DNA of 64,000 bases. It comes from Candidatus Oxydemutatoraceae bacterium (GTDB lineage Bacteria > Pseudomonadota > Gammaproteobacteria > Poriferisulfidales > Oxydemutatoraceae). A program made the position numbers and the translations under genes. Below are positions 10,572-20,665 of this stretch, one piece after another (position 1 is the stretch's first letter; each line of letters begins with the position of its first letter). The stretch is from positions 236,769 to 300,768 of the forward strand of contig OZ244779.1 of assembly GCA_965219575.1 (NCBI GenBank), in the 5' to 3' direction. The notes below the pieces were generated by a model. The model saw only the letters and a list, made by a program, of their open reading frames with translations, was not told where the DNA came from and searched no databases.

Positions 10572-12173
10572 TTGACGCAAACCGCAACCGATACAAAATC
10601 GCCCGGATTGGGAAAAAAGCTACTTAAATCAACGGCTTCTTTCAGCCTTTTGACGATGCTGTCGCGTGTTTTAGGCTACGCCAGAGATGCGATCATTTTT
10701 ATCGTCTTCGGTGCCGGGGGTGCTACGGACGCTTTTCTAGTCGCCTTCAGACTGCCCAATTTGATGCGCCGGCTTTTCGGAGAAGGTGCACTCTCTCAGG
10801 CTTTCGTGCCGGTGTTCCAAGAATATAAAAAACATCGTAGCCGCACCGAATTGCATCGGTTTGCGGATTGTGCTGCCGGCACCCTCGGCATGATATTGTT
10901 GGTTATCACCGTCGTCGGAATACTCGTAGCACCGGTATTGATTGCCGTCTTTGCTCCCGGCTTTATAGACGAAGGCGATAGATTTGATTTGTCGGCACAA
11001 ATGCTACGCATCACTTTTCCTTATGTATTATTTATTTCTTTAACCGCACTCGCCACCGGCATACTCAACAGCTATGGTCATTTCGGTGCGCCGGCTTTCA
11101 CACCGGTATTGATGAATCTATCCCTGATTACCGCAACACTCTGGGTGGCACCCGAGATGGGCGAACCCATAACCGCCCTTGCGTGGGGGGTTTTGGTCGC
11201 CGGCATCGTGCAACTCTCTTTTGTCGTACTTTGGCTTAAGCGCATCGATTGGACTTTCGGATTTCGGTGGGATTTCCGACATAAAGGCGTGCGACGGGTA
11301 GGACGACTGATGTTGCCGGCGATCTTTAGTTCGGCAATCGTACAAATCAATCTTCTGTTCGATACGCTGATAGCATCTTTCCTCGTTGCCGGCAGTATTA
11401 GCTGGCTTTATATCTCGGATCGCTTCGTGGAATTGCCGATGGGGGTCTTCGGGATTGCCATCAGCACGGTGTTGCTGGCACGGCTGTCCGCGCATCGGGT
11501 TGCCGCCGATCTAAAGTACTTTCAGCAAACCATGGATTGGGGAGTGCGCGCCGCAATGATGCTTGCCTTCCCTTGTGTGGTCGGACTCGTCGTATTGGCG
11601 CAACCCATACTAATCTCGTTGATACAATACCGTCAATTCACCTACGACGATACGCTGATGGTGAGTATTAGTCTAATCGCTTATGCACTGGGCTTACCCA
11701 TGTTTATGCTCATTAAGATATTTTCTTGTGCTTTTTTTGCCCATCAAAACACCAAACTTCCGATGCGGATTGCCGTCGTTGCCATGCTGAGCAACATTGC
11801 ATTGAATATCGTGCTGGTCTTATTGTGGCAATACATAGGTCTGCTTGCACCGCATGCCGCATTGGCACTGGCAACCAGTTTATCGGCACTATTGAATAGC
11901 TTTTTACTGTATCGTGCCCTCGTTCGCCATCGTATATTTCGTATCAATGCAGAAACAAGCATGCTTATCAAGAAGATACTGGTCGCCTCTTTGCTAATGG
12001 GGTTACTATTAATATACCTGATAAATTGGTTGCCCGATTGGAATGTGTGGGATGCGGCGTATCGTGTCGCCACGCTGGCAGGCACGATTATATTGGGTGC
12101 CGGTTTTTATTTCATAGTCTTATTGCTATTGAAAGTCAAACTGCGGGAAACCTTGCACTGGAACACGCAATAA
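10572..12173 (+). CDS. murJ: Lipid II flippase MurJ
   Basis: SRVLGYARD, AFRLPNLMRRLFGEGA, DRFVELP. Confidence 0.96.
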   Translation: MTQTATDTKSPGLGKKLLKSTASFSLLTMLSRVLGYARDAIIFIVFGAGGATDAFLVAFRLPNLMRRLFGEGALSQAFVPVFQEYKKHRSRTELHRFADCAAGTLGMILLVITVVGILVAPVLIAVFAPGFIDEGDRFDLSAQMLRITFPYVLFISLTALATGILNSYGHFGAPAFTPVLMNLSLITATLWVAPEMGEPITALAWGVLVAGIVQLSFVVLWLKRIDWTFGFRWDFRHKGVRRVGRLMLPAIFSSAIVQINLLFDTLIASFLVAGSISWLYISDRFVELPMGVFGIAISTVLLARLSAHRVAADLKYFQQTMDWGVRAAMMLAFPCVVGLVVLAQPILISLIQYRQFTYDDTLMVSISLIAYALGLPMFMLIKIFSCAFFAHQNTKLPMRIAVVAMLSNIALNIVLVLLWQYIGLLAPHAALALATSLSALLNSFLLYRALVRHRIFRINAETSMLIKKILVASLLMGLLLIYLINWLPDWNVWDAAYRVATLAGTIILGAGFYFIVLLLLKVKLRETLHWNTQ

Positions 12174-12181
12174 TGTCCGAA

Positions 12182-12257
12182 TGGCGCGCCCGGCAGGATT
12201 CGAACCTGCGACTTCTGCCTCCGGAGGGCAGTGCTCTATCCACTGAGCTACGGGCGC
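12182..12257 (-). tRNA. tRNA-Arg(CCG)
   Basis: Reverse complement GCGCCCGTAGCTCAG...CTGCC-CTCCGGA-GGCAG...GGTTCGAATCC...GCCA forms a cloverleaf. Confidence 0.95.
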
Positions 12258-12270
12258 ACACTTGAACCGG

Positions 12271-12343
<73 letters not shown>

Positions 12344-12384
12344 ATAAACAAAGCTAACCGAAAAGGATTTTAGCATACGGAACT

Positions 12385-12818
12385 GCCGATTGTTGCAGTA
12401 GCACAAGTGGCGTGACATTGTGCAGAACCTTTGGGGCTGTTGAAAAAGTATTTCATAAAGTGGTAGGGGCGGACTAAAATTAAATTGCCGATTGACCTAC
12501 TGGCTCAATCGGCGGCTCTATTCTGCCCGAAACGTATCATGTTTGCACGATTAACGCGTTCACCCATTAATATTATGGAAACCATTATTTGTTGGCGCAA
12601 GCGGTTGGTGTCGTGCAGAACGGTACTTAAGGGCAGACATCAGAGTTGCCGATTGACCTACCGGCTCAATCGGCGGCTTTATACTGCCCTATGGCTTGGT
12701 GGTTATTATAAATTCACGGCGTAAGCGGTTACGGTTGCACGCTGAAGATACTTTTTCAACAGTCTCCCGTAACCACCCCGTCAGGCTGCGCCTGCCACCC
12801 CTCCACAGGAGGGGAATG
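12385..12818. repeat. Composite MITE/REP-like repeat
   Basis: TIR-like ends at 12433 and 12766, two 27-bp hairpins (12487, 12648), followed by the ACCACCCCGTCAGGC...GGAGGGGAAT module; core nearly identical to the inverted copy at 61131-61325. Confidence 0.85.
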
Positions 12819-12821
12819 CGG

Positions 12822-13910
12822 TTAAAACTTTAGTTGTTCTTGACGCAACGAGCCGGAAGCGCACAGATTAGACACTGCGACTCCGAGCAAGCGTATCGGT
12901 CGTTTGCCGATTTCCGTTTTTTGTAGTAGCCCGTGTAATACAGACCACATTTCTTTCAGACCGCTCAGCGGATGGTCTAGGGTATGGCTACGGGTGATTT
13001 GCTGAAAATTCGCATATTTGACTTTTAAGGTAACCGTTCGCCCGCTCAGGTTGCGCGCCGCGAGTATGCGAGCCACCTTGGTTGCATACTGTTTTAACTC
13101 CTCTTGAATAGCTTTTTCTTTCAAAAGATCGCTTGTGAAAGTAGTCTCCGCCCCTATAGATTTACGCGGGCGTTCCGGAACCACTTCTCTGTGGTCTACG
13201 CCGCGTGCGGCATCGTAATAGTAATGGCCTGCTTTGCCGAAGGTTGCAACCAGTAACTCACGTTTGCATCGTCTAAGATCCAAGCCGTTTTCGATTCCCA
13301 TCTTTTGCATACGCTTTTGCGTAACCTTGCCTATGCCGTGAAAACGACCGATCGGCAAACGGGCAACAAAATCCAAACCGTCGTCGGGAGCGACGAGGTA
13401 GCAGCCGTCCGGCTTATCCATATCCGATGCGATTTTAGCCAAAAACTTATTATAAGAAACACCCGCCGATACGGTGAGTTGAGTCTCGTTAAGCACTTGC
13501 TTCTTAACCCGGTAGGCAAGATTACCGGCAGCTTTGATATCCGCCACCGAGTCGCCGACATCTAAATAAGCCTCGTCCAACGATAGCATTTCTACAAGGT
13601 CGGTATAGCAGTGAAAGATTTCTCGTATTTGTGCGGAGACCTGCCTATAAACTTCAAAACGAGGTTTTACAAAAATTGCTTGCGAACACAAACGGGCGGC
13701 GGTTGACGACGGCATTGCCGAATGTATGCCGAAAGGGCGCGCCTCATAACTACATGTTGCCACCACACCGCGCGCACCCGGCTTGCCTCCGACTACGATA
13801 GGTTTGCCGGCGTATTCGGGAAAATCGCGTTGTTCTATAGATGCGAAAAAAGCATCCATATCAAAATGCATAATACACCGATGTTCGGACATCTTGCTAC
13901 GGCATATCAA
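12822..13910 (-). CDS. dinB: DNA polymerase IV
   Basis: HFDMDAFFAS, SYEAR, SLDEAYLD, FLAKIASD, C-terminal clamp motif QLKF. Confidence 0.96.
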   Translation of the reverse strand: MICRSKMSEHRCIMHFDMDAFFASIEQRDFPEYAGKPIVVGGKPGARGVVATCSYEARPFGIHSAMPSSTAARLCSQAIFVKPRFEVYRQVSAQIREIFHCYTDLVEMLSLDEAYLDVGDSVADIKAAGNLAYRVKKQVLNETQLTVSAGVSYNKFLAKIASDMDKPDGCYLVAPDDGLDFVARLPIGRFHGIGKVTQKRMQKMGIENGLDLRRCKRELLVATFGKAGHYYYDAARGVDHREVVPERPRKSIGAETTFTSDLLKEKAIQEELKQYATKVARILAARNLSGRTVTLKVKYANFQQITRSHTLDHPLSGLKEMWSVLHGLLQKTEIGKRPIRLLGVAVSNLCASGSLRQEQLKF

Positions 13911-14599
13911 TTGAACGGTAGCCGGGCGCGCAGCCGTTCTCTATCGAACCACCATGTGTCGCCGGTAATAACATCTATTACTTTCGCCATTGCCGGTAAA
14001 AATTCCTCGGCATCTTTGAGTCCCAAGATTTCCATCCAGATATTGATGCTTTCCTCGTCGGTGATATTGCGATGACGACGAGCGACATCGGCAATCTTTT
14101 GTTTGGTTATAAACAACAAGCTATCCCGCTGTTCTCCCGATACTCGCAAGTCTGCAACATAATGCGCAACGACCGCCGCCACGGCACCGCCGTCCGAGTC
14201 ATCCGGGGTTTCGTCTATGACATAGTGCAGAATACGAATTGACAAAATCGGGTCGATCGGATAGGTAATCGCAAGCCAGCACGCCATACCCAATGCCGGA
14301 ATTGAATCCCCGCAGTCGCAACGGTAGACAAGTTCGCACGCTTCCACTGCGGATTGCCACTGTTCGGTTTCCAAAAAATAATCAAAGGCGGTACGGGCGA
14401 GTTTCCATGCTTGTGGTTTGTCCTCCAGTTCTACTAAAACTGCGGCTTTCTCAAGCGAGAGCATCTGTCGTTCATTCGCAGCGGCGGCGGGCAACCGTGC
14501 GAGATTTTGTTCGATCTCTCGCAAGTGATTTTCCAAGCCGGCACGGGTTTGCTTCTCGTCGCTGCCAGATATGATTTGATCTATTAGGTCACTACTCAC
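13907..14599 (-). CDS. Conserved hypothetical helical protein
   Basis: Long ORF overlapping the dinB start; WLAITYPIDP and ETPDDSDGGAVAA resemble a family I recall from sulfur oxidizers (unverified); start placed at GTG downstream of the terminator. Confidence 0.7.
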   Translation of the reverse strand: MSSDLIDQIISGSDEKQTRAGLENHLREIEQNLARLPAAAANERQMLSLEKAAVLVELEDKPQAWKLARTAFDYFLETEQWQSAVEACELVYRCDCGDSIPALGMACWLAITYPIDPILSIRILHYVIDETPDDSDGGAVAAVVAHYVADLRVSGEQRDSLLFITKQKIADVARRHRNITDEESINIWMEILGLKDAEEFLPAMAKVIDVITGDTWWFDRERLRARLPFN

Positions 14600-14619
14600 G
14601 ACAACGATTATAACCCAAT

Positions 14620-14653
14620 AAAAAAAGCCGCCGACGCACTCGCATCGGCGGCT
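14620..14653 (-). terminator. Rho-independent terminator after the monooxygenase gene
   Basis: AGCCGCCGA/TCGGCGGCT stem followed by a T-run on the minus strand. Confidence 0.8.
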
Positions 14654-14681
14654 CCTTAACATACAAATAAATACTTATAAA

Positions 14682-15824
14682 TTAAGCATAACCCGCATGT
14701 TGATTCATTGCGTCGGCAATTTGACGCTCGCCTTCTACGGCTTCGTTGTCGTCCCATTTCTTGAGTTCGGTTTCCATCAATTTATGGAACAACATCGGGA
14801 ACAATGCGATGGCAAACAACATAAAATAACCGCAGTTGGTGTTGGGTGCGCCGACTTCGTCGAGTTCCCAGAAGTGTGTCTCACCGCGATCGTGGTGATC
14901 CGCCTGACGACCGATTTCTATGAAATACCAACTGGTCAAAGCAGTAGAGTTATCCCACGAATGACGGTAGTCTATAGGCTGACCTTTCTCACGAATCAAG
15001 CCGTAATGCTCTAGATAGTTCAGTGCTTCCAATTCAAAATTGGAAATTAACCAAAGCAGCGCAAGACACGCAACACCGAGCCATCCGCCCGCCAACCAAA
15101 ACAGGAATAGAGACGGCAAGCTCATTGCATAACCTCTAAGCCAGCGGTTTTGCCACGATAAGAACGGCACACCTTTGCGTGCTAAACGATCTTTTTCCAT
15201 GCCGTAAAGGAACTTTGATTGTCCCAGATAAGACAACGGAAGATGACCGAATAGACTACGACCACGCGGTGCGGTTGCCGGGTCGTCCGAGCAACCTAGC
15301 TCTAGGTGGTGATTGTAGACATGCGCATAGCAAAAATGAGAAGAACCGCTCAGTGCCATCATCCAGCGTGCGATCACGAAGCTGAAGCCTTTGGTATGGG
15401 CCAATTCGTGTCCGTATATAATGCCTATCCCGGCAAAAATTCCGGACGAAATCGTCGCACCGACTAATTGCAGCCCGGTGATGCCTTGGTAGACGGTGAT
15501 ACCGAACATCTCGGTCGTCCCAAAAGGAACACCCGTAGCATATTCGTAAATCCGCCATGCCAAGTTTATTTGCAGTAACACAAACACCGTTAGCATGAAA
15601 TACATGACACCGTTTTGGAAATTCGGAATACCGTTGGTATCGCCGTTTTCGTCAAAACCCGCGCCCATTGTTTTCTTAGGAACTAGCGTGTCTATAAGAA
15701 TACCTGCACCTAGCATATAGACACCCAACCATACCCACGGGCCGCCGATAAAGACGCCCCACATCGCGAGTAGTATTGTGGCAGGTGCCAACATGTAGCG
15801 AGCATTTATCATAAATTTATTCAT
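14682..15824 (-). CDS. AlkB/XylM-family membrane diiron monooxygenase
   Basis: His boxes HELAH, HVYNHH, NYLEHYG, QADHH; DPATAPRG; HSWD. Confidence 0.88.
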   Translation of the reverse strand: MNKFMINARYMLAPATILLAMWGVFIGGPWVWLGVYMLGAGILIDTLVPKKTMGAGFDENGDTNGIPNFQNGVMYFMLTVFVLLQINLAWRIYEYATGVPFGTTEMFGITVYQGITGLQLVGATISSGIFAGIGIIYGHELAHTKGFSFVIARWMMALSGSSHFCYAHVYNHHLELGCSDDPATAPRGRSLFGHLPLSYLGQSKFLYGMEKDRLARKGVPFLSWQNRWLRGYAMSLPSLFLFWLAGGWLGVACLALLWLISNFELEALNYLEHYGLIREKGQPIDYRHSWDNSTALTSWYFIEIGRQADHHDRGETHFWELDEVGAPNTNCGYFMLFAIALFPMLFHKLMETELKKWDDNEAVEGERQIADAMNQHAGYA

Positions 15825-16005
15825 AATTATATCTCCTCGTTAAATGTTAAAAAATCTATTTTCATGACTAGAGCAACTTGCTCATAGACGAAATAATATC
15901 GCTTTTTGCAAAGAAAAAAAGTTTTTTTTTAGCATTTTGTACAATACAAGAGCAGTATAATTGCTATGATTACCCAAATAAAGGCATAATTAACATGAAT
16001 AATAC

Positions 16006-16944
16006 TTGTACAACATGATTCAACGAAAAAAAACATCTATACACACGATTGGTGTCGTCGCCCGCTACTGCGGTTTGAGTCCCGAGGTCATACGCGCATG
16101 GGAGACTCGTTATCGCGCCACATCACCGCAACGCACCGAGCGCGGACAACGCGTCTACAGCGATGCGGATATTCAACGTCTCATTTTATTGGCTAAGGCT
16201 TGCAGAGGCGGGCGGCGTATCAGCGACATCGTGCAACTATCCGATGCCAAATTGGTTGACATGATCGAGCAGGACGAAGGCACCAACGAACCTATCGTCA
16301 CCCGACACCAAAGACAAAGTACTTTCTTGGTGTCGGATTATATAGAGTCTTGTATCGCTGCGGTCAAGGATTTTGACTCGCACACCTTATTTCAAACTTT
16401 AACGAAGGCCGAAAGATCCCTAGGCACGGTGTTCATGGTAGAAGACCTATTAACGCCTCTGCTTACTCATATACGCGACGAATGTCGCAGAGGCAATCTG
16501 TTGGATGGACATCGCAAAATTTTTACTAATCTAATCAAAACTTATCTGATTATGTTGGGCACCCGCCGAGAAAAAGAACGATTCACGGCGGTGGTTTGTT
16601 CGTTGGAAGACGATCTGGAATTAAGTGGCTTAAAAACCCTGGCTCTGGTAGCAGCGTATAAATGGCATCCTATTTATTTAGATGCCCTAACCTCCGTAGA
16701 AGATATCGCCGACCTGATCAACCAAGCCTCGGCCGGGGTGCTTATCTTCGTGAGCTGCGGTAGCGAAACCAACGACGATGCGCCCAACCTACTTCGCAAA
16801 ATCCGCCTACGCGAACCCAAAATAGACATTATCTTGTATGCACCGACGGGAAATAGTTATAGAGACGTAACCAAAGAGATAAAACTGATCCAGTGCAAAC
16901 GTCTAAAGCAGTTGCAATTTGAGTTGGACAGATTGATGCTGTGA
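16006..16944 (+). CDS. MerR-family regulator with CarH/LitR-like C-terminal region
   Basis: IRAWETRY...P.RT.RGQRVYS HTH; helical bundle plus Rossmann-like domain. Confidence 0.82.
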   Translation: MYNMIQRKKTSIHTIGVVARYCGLSPEVIRAWETRYRATSPQRTERGQRVYSDADIQRLILLAKACRGGRRISDIVQLSDAKLVDMIEQDEGTNEPIVTRHQRQSTFLVSDYIESCIAAVKDFDSHTLFQTLTKAERSLGTVFMVEDLLTPLLTHIRDECRRGNLLDGHRKIFTNLIKTYLIMLGTRREKERFTAVVCSLEDDLELSGLKTLALVAAYKWHPIYLDALTSVEDIADLINQASAGVLIFVSCGSETNDDAPNLLRKIRLREPKIDIILYAPTGNSYRDVTKEIKLIQCKRLKQLQFELDRLML

Positions 16945-16960
16945 CGATAGCGATTATTCC

Positions 16961-17773
16961 GTGATGATTGATATTTGCTGCAACCTCACCCACACTGCGT
17001 TGAGCTCACAATTACTCGATGTGTTGGAACGCGCAAGGCAAGCCGGTGTGCAGGCTATGATTGTCCCCGGCTCCGATGTAGAGGACAGTGCCGTGGCATT
17101 GAAATTGGCACATCGACATGCAAACGTGCTGTGGGCAAATGTGGGCGTACATCCTCACCATGCCGACCGATGGACCGATACAAGCTACACAACCCTCAAA
17201 AAGCTAGCTGCCGATGTTAAAGCCATAGCAATCGGAGAAACCGGTTTGGACTATTATAGAAACTTATCCGCACCCGAAACACAGCGATTCGTTTTTGAAA
17301 AACAAATTGAGTTGGCGGTCGATACCGGCTTGCCTTTGTTTATGCATCAACGCAATGCCCACGAAGACTTTATAAAGATACTCGAACCCTACCATAAGTA
17401 TCTTAGCAATGCGGTCGTGCATTGTTTTACCGGCAATCGCTCTATGCTGGACGATTATACGGCGATGGATTTATACATCGGGGTGACCGGATGGATTTGC
17501 GACGAGCGACGGGCGGAAGACTTGCGCACCGCAGTTGTAGCGATACCCGACAACCGTTTACTGCTTGAAACCGATGCGCCTTATCTGATACCTCGGACGC
17601 TGGGGAAACACTTTCATAGCAAACCGAACGAACCCTCGTTCCTTCCGCACATCGCACAACACATTGCACAAAGACGCAATATCGAAATCGACGATTTGAT
17701 TATCCAAACTATTAATAATAGCCGTAATTTTTATGGAGACGTTATAATAGACCCGGCACAATCAAGCAGATAG
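16961..17773 (+). CDS. tatD: TatD family nuclease
   Basis: GVHPH, IGETGLDY, VVHCFTG, LETDAPYL. Confidence 0.93.
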   Translation: MMIDICCNLTHTALSSQLLDVLERARQAGVQAMIVPGSDVEDSAVALKLAHRHANVLWANVGVHPHHADRWTDTSYTTLKKLAADVKAIAIGETGLDYYRNLSAPETQRFVFEKQIELAVDTGLPLFMHQRNAHEDFIKILEPYHKYLSNAVVHCFTGNRSMLDDYTAMDLYIGVTGWICDERRAEDLRTAVVAIPDNRLLLETDAPYLIPRTLGKHFHSKPNEPSFLPHIAQHIAQRRNIEIDDLIIQTINNSRNFYGDVIIDPAQSSR

Positions 17774-17783
17774 TTTTAATGTA

Positions 17784-18104
17784 ATGAAGCAACAGCAGAT
17801 AACGGATAAACTAAACCAAAGTTTTGCACCGGATTATCTCGAAGTCGTCGACGAGAGCGGACAACACAATGTGCCGCCCGGTTCCGAGTCTCATTTCAAG
17901 GTGACCATCGTAGCAAGCGAGTTCAGACGGCTGGGATTAGTCAAACGTCATCAAGCGGTATACTCGGCACTTTCCGAACTGATGGAAGACGGCATACATG
18001 CGTTGGCATTACACACACTCAGTCCCGAAGAGTGGCAGGCTAAAAAATCACCGGTAGCCGAATCGCCGCCTTGCTTGGGCGGTTCTGCAAACGAGTCTCA
18101 ATAA
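17784..18104 (+). CDS. bolA: BolA family protein
   Basis: DESGQHNVPPGSESHFKV, IHALAL, SPPCLGG. Confidence 0.94.
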   Translation: MKQQQITDKLNQSFAPDYLEVVDESGQHNVPPGSESHFKVTIVASEFRRLGLVKRHQAVYSALSELMEDGIHALALHTLSPEEWQAKKSPVAESPPCLGGSANESQ

Positions 18105-18664
18105 CGAGTGATCTGTATTTTCCCGTCGCCGTCCCTATAGATATCGCCTTCGTGGTAACCATAAGTTTTACGGCTACGATCCTCAAAATAAAGCCTCAGT
18201 CCTTCCTTTATCACCGGAAAAGCGATTTGATCCCAGGGTATCTCGGCTTCGGCACATAACATGGCATCGTTGCTTTCTTGCCCGACACCGTAGCGTCCGT
18301 CCTTTAGAATGCCGCGGTAGAGTATATAAACTTGGTTGACATGCCTGATATTATAAAAACTGTGCATAACCAAACCCTCGCTTCCCGCACACGCTTCCTC
18401 CTCGGCTTCGCGGGCAGCCGCTTCGATAACCGATTCGCCGTTTTCCAGAAAACCGGCCGGCACCGTCCAAAAATTTACTCGCGGTTCTATTGCACGCTTG
18501 CATAATAGAATCCGTTGTTGCCATTCAAGTATGCAACCCGTTACTATTTTAGGATTATGATAGAAAATATGACCGCAGTTAGCGCATACGATGCGTTCTT
18601 TGGTGTCGCCTCTCGGCAGTTTATAAACTAAATTATCGGACCCACATGCACTGCAATACTTCAC
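18098..18664 (-). CDS. Nudix hydrolase with N-terminal zinc ribbon
   Basis: CSACG...CANCG, PAGFLENGES..AAAREAEEE. Confidence 0.92.
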   Translation of the reverse strand: MKYCSACGSDNLVYKLPRGDTKERIVCANCGHIFYHNPKIVTGCILEWQQRILLCKRAIEPRVNFWTVPAGFLENGESVIEAAAREAEEEACAGSEGLVMHSFYNIRHVNQVYILYRGILKDGRYGVGQESNDAMLCAEAEIPWDQIAFPVIKEGLRLYFEDRSRKTYGYHEGDIYRDGDGKIQITRY

Positions 18665-19203
18665 GACAAAGCCTGTTTGATAGGCTCGTCTTGTACTTTA
18701 TTCCAAGGCATCTTCGCCAACAATAAAGACATTCCACAAAAATCGGCAGCCCCCGAATACATCAGCCCGATCCCGACAAAACCGGATAAGTAGATAAAAT
18801 GAGGATGTAAGGTCAATGCCAAAAATACCCCGATGAATACTATGAACCCGATTGCAAACCGTGTTTGTCGTTCGATCGACCACGGCTGGCTCGGGGCACG
18901 GACCACGGGAAAATCTTGTTTAAGCCATGCCGACAAACCACCTTCCACACAAAACGTACGATAACCTAAAGCATCCAATTTGCGACAAAACTCCGAGGCC
19001 CGTTGTCCGCCACGACACATCGCATAAACATCGCGGGATTTGTCCAAACTCATTGCCAGTTGATCAAAATGAATCAACGGCACCGATACCGCTTGCTCTA
19101 CTCTCTCACCGATGTATTCGCCGGGCGTTCTAACATCGACGATTTGTGCGGAGGTACCTGCATCGATTTCTTTTTTCAATTCTTGTACTGTTATCTTTTC
19201 CAT
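18661..19203 (-). CDS. Rhodanese + DUF2892 membrane protein (YgaP-like)
   Basis: DVRTPGEY, CRGGQR, then ERQTR, two TM helices, FCGM..LLAKMPWN; start at MEKIT. Confidence 0.88.
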   Translation of the reverse strand: MEKITVQELKKEIDAGTSAQIVDVRTPGEYIGERVEQAVSVPLIHFDQLAMSLDKSRDVYAMCRGGQRASEFCRKLDALGYRTFCVEGGLSAWLKQDFPVVRAPSQPWSIERQTRFAIGFIVFIGVFLALTLHPHFIYLSGFVGIGLMYSGAADFCGMSLLLAKMPWNKVQDEPIKQALS

Positions 19204-19246
19204 ATCGATTTTCCATGACTGTTTGAATGTACTCGGCCTAAAATTT

Positions 19247-20107
19247 TTAGTCTCCCGTTGCTCTGGGGCGCGTTTTGTCGCGTATCCATTCACTCCAGGA
19301 ACCTACATATAATTGCTGTGAACCTAAACCCGATATTTCTATCGCCAATAAATTATGGCATGCGGTTACACCCGAACCGCAATAGTGGACAGTGCGTTCA
19401 CGGCATAGTGGCTCGTAATACTCGCGTAGTTTTTGCGATGAAAGAAAGCAACCGTCGCTCCCCATATTATCCGTCAAAGGACGACTCACCGCACCGGGAA
19501 TATGTCCGCCTACGGGGTCTACCTGCTCTTCTTCACCACAAAAACGAGCTTTGGATCGGGCATCTATTAAAACCGTATTTTCGTCTGTTCTAATTCGTTC
19601 AACCTCGGCGGTAGATACCCATAAATCATCGTTGGGACGCGATTGAAAATTACCCCTTGCTTTTTCTTCAGGCACTTCCGTACTCAACGGATGACCTGCC
19701 TCCTCCCATTTACTTAAACCGCCGTCTAGTACCGCAACCGAGGTATGTCCGAGCCAACGCAACACCCACCACATTCTGGCTGCAACCGCCCCGACCGCCT
19801 CGTCATACACCACGACCTGACTATCGGCGGACACACCCCAAGAAGCTAATTTTGCGCCTAAAGTTTGAGGGTCGGGCAACGGATGACGACCGCTATCGGG
19901 CGTAGGCGGTGAGGATAAATCCCGGTCTAAATCGCAGTAGTAAGCACCCGGTATGTGTCCCGCATTATATTGCTCCCTTCCCCATTGGGGTTGGGTTACA
20001 TTAAAACAACAATCAAAAACAATCCATTTAGGGTTATCCAGTTGTGTTGCAAGTTCTTGCGCTGAAACGATTGTAGAGTACATAGGTTCCATGATAACAC
20101 TAAACAT
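19247..20107 (-). CDS. sseA: Thiosulfate/3-mercaptopyruvate sulfurtransferase
   Basis: GHIPGA twice, SGRHPLP, YCGSGVTAC, LYVGSWSEW. Confidence 0.9.
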   Translation of the reverse strand: MFSVIMEPMYSTIVSAQELATQLDNPKWIVFDCCFNVTQPQWGREQYNAGHIPGAYYCDLDRDLSSPPTPDSGRHPLPDPQTLGAKLASWGVSADSQVVVYDEAVGAVAARMWWVLRWLGHTSVAVLDGGLSKWEEAGHPLSTEVPEEKARGNFQSRPNDDLWVSTAEVERIRTDENTVLIDARSKARFCGEEEQVDPVGGHIPGAVSRPLTDNMGSDGCFLSSQKLREYYEPLCRERTVHYCGSGVTACHNLLAIEISGLGSQQLYVGSWSEWIRDKTRPRATGD

Positions 20108-20665
20108 TCCTCAATCGGGAGCGTAATTTTCCGTGAGTGTATTCCATGATTTGATGTGTCAATAAATGAGCTTTAGGGACACTAACAAAATTCTCGGGCA
20201 GATATCTACGATACCGGTTATCAGAACCGATAAGCGAAATAATTTTGATTTCAGGATTGAAAAACCTGGTTAAATTCGAAAACGCACCTGCTGTTTTATA
20301 AATTAGATCGGTCTTAGACAAGATTAAAAGATCTATCAGTGCATCTTTTCGTTGTTGAAGTCCCGCATAATCAACATGAGTATGCAAACCTCTGTCGTCA
20401 TAAGAACGTTGGATATTTCTGGAGGAAACTCTACCGGGAAATGCCTCGTTCATTCGGTCGACAAACTGTGCTTGATCCGAGCAGATAAAAATACTGCGGT
20501 TCCTAGCTACAACTTTTTTCAAGTAAGAAATATAAGCATCTGGTTCTATATAACCTTTTCCGAGTTTCCGTTTTTCCGAATCGGTCCCCCGGAAATGAAC
20601 CCCGACCCAGTCGCCTCTTAAATGGGTGTGAACCCATTCATCGGCTTGCTTCTGTATCTTTTTTT

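Noticed and set aside
12268-12270. tRNA-Thr pseudogene because CCA is not encoded
   Set aside because: The cloverleaf is intact and CCA can be added enzymatically.
12485-12724. ORFs at 12485, 53709, 59121, 61099 and 61253 as a protein family
   Set aside because: They lie within MITE/REP copies, so their similarity reflects DNA repeats.
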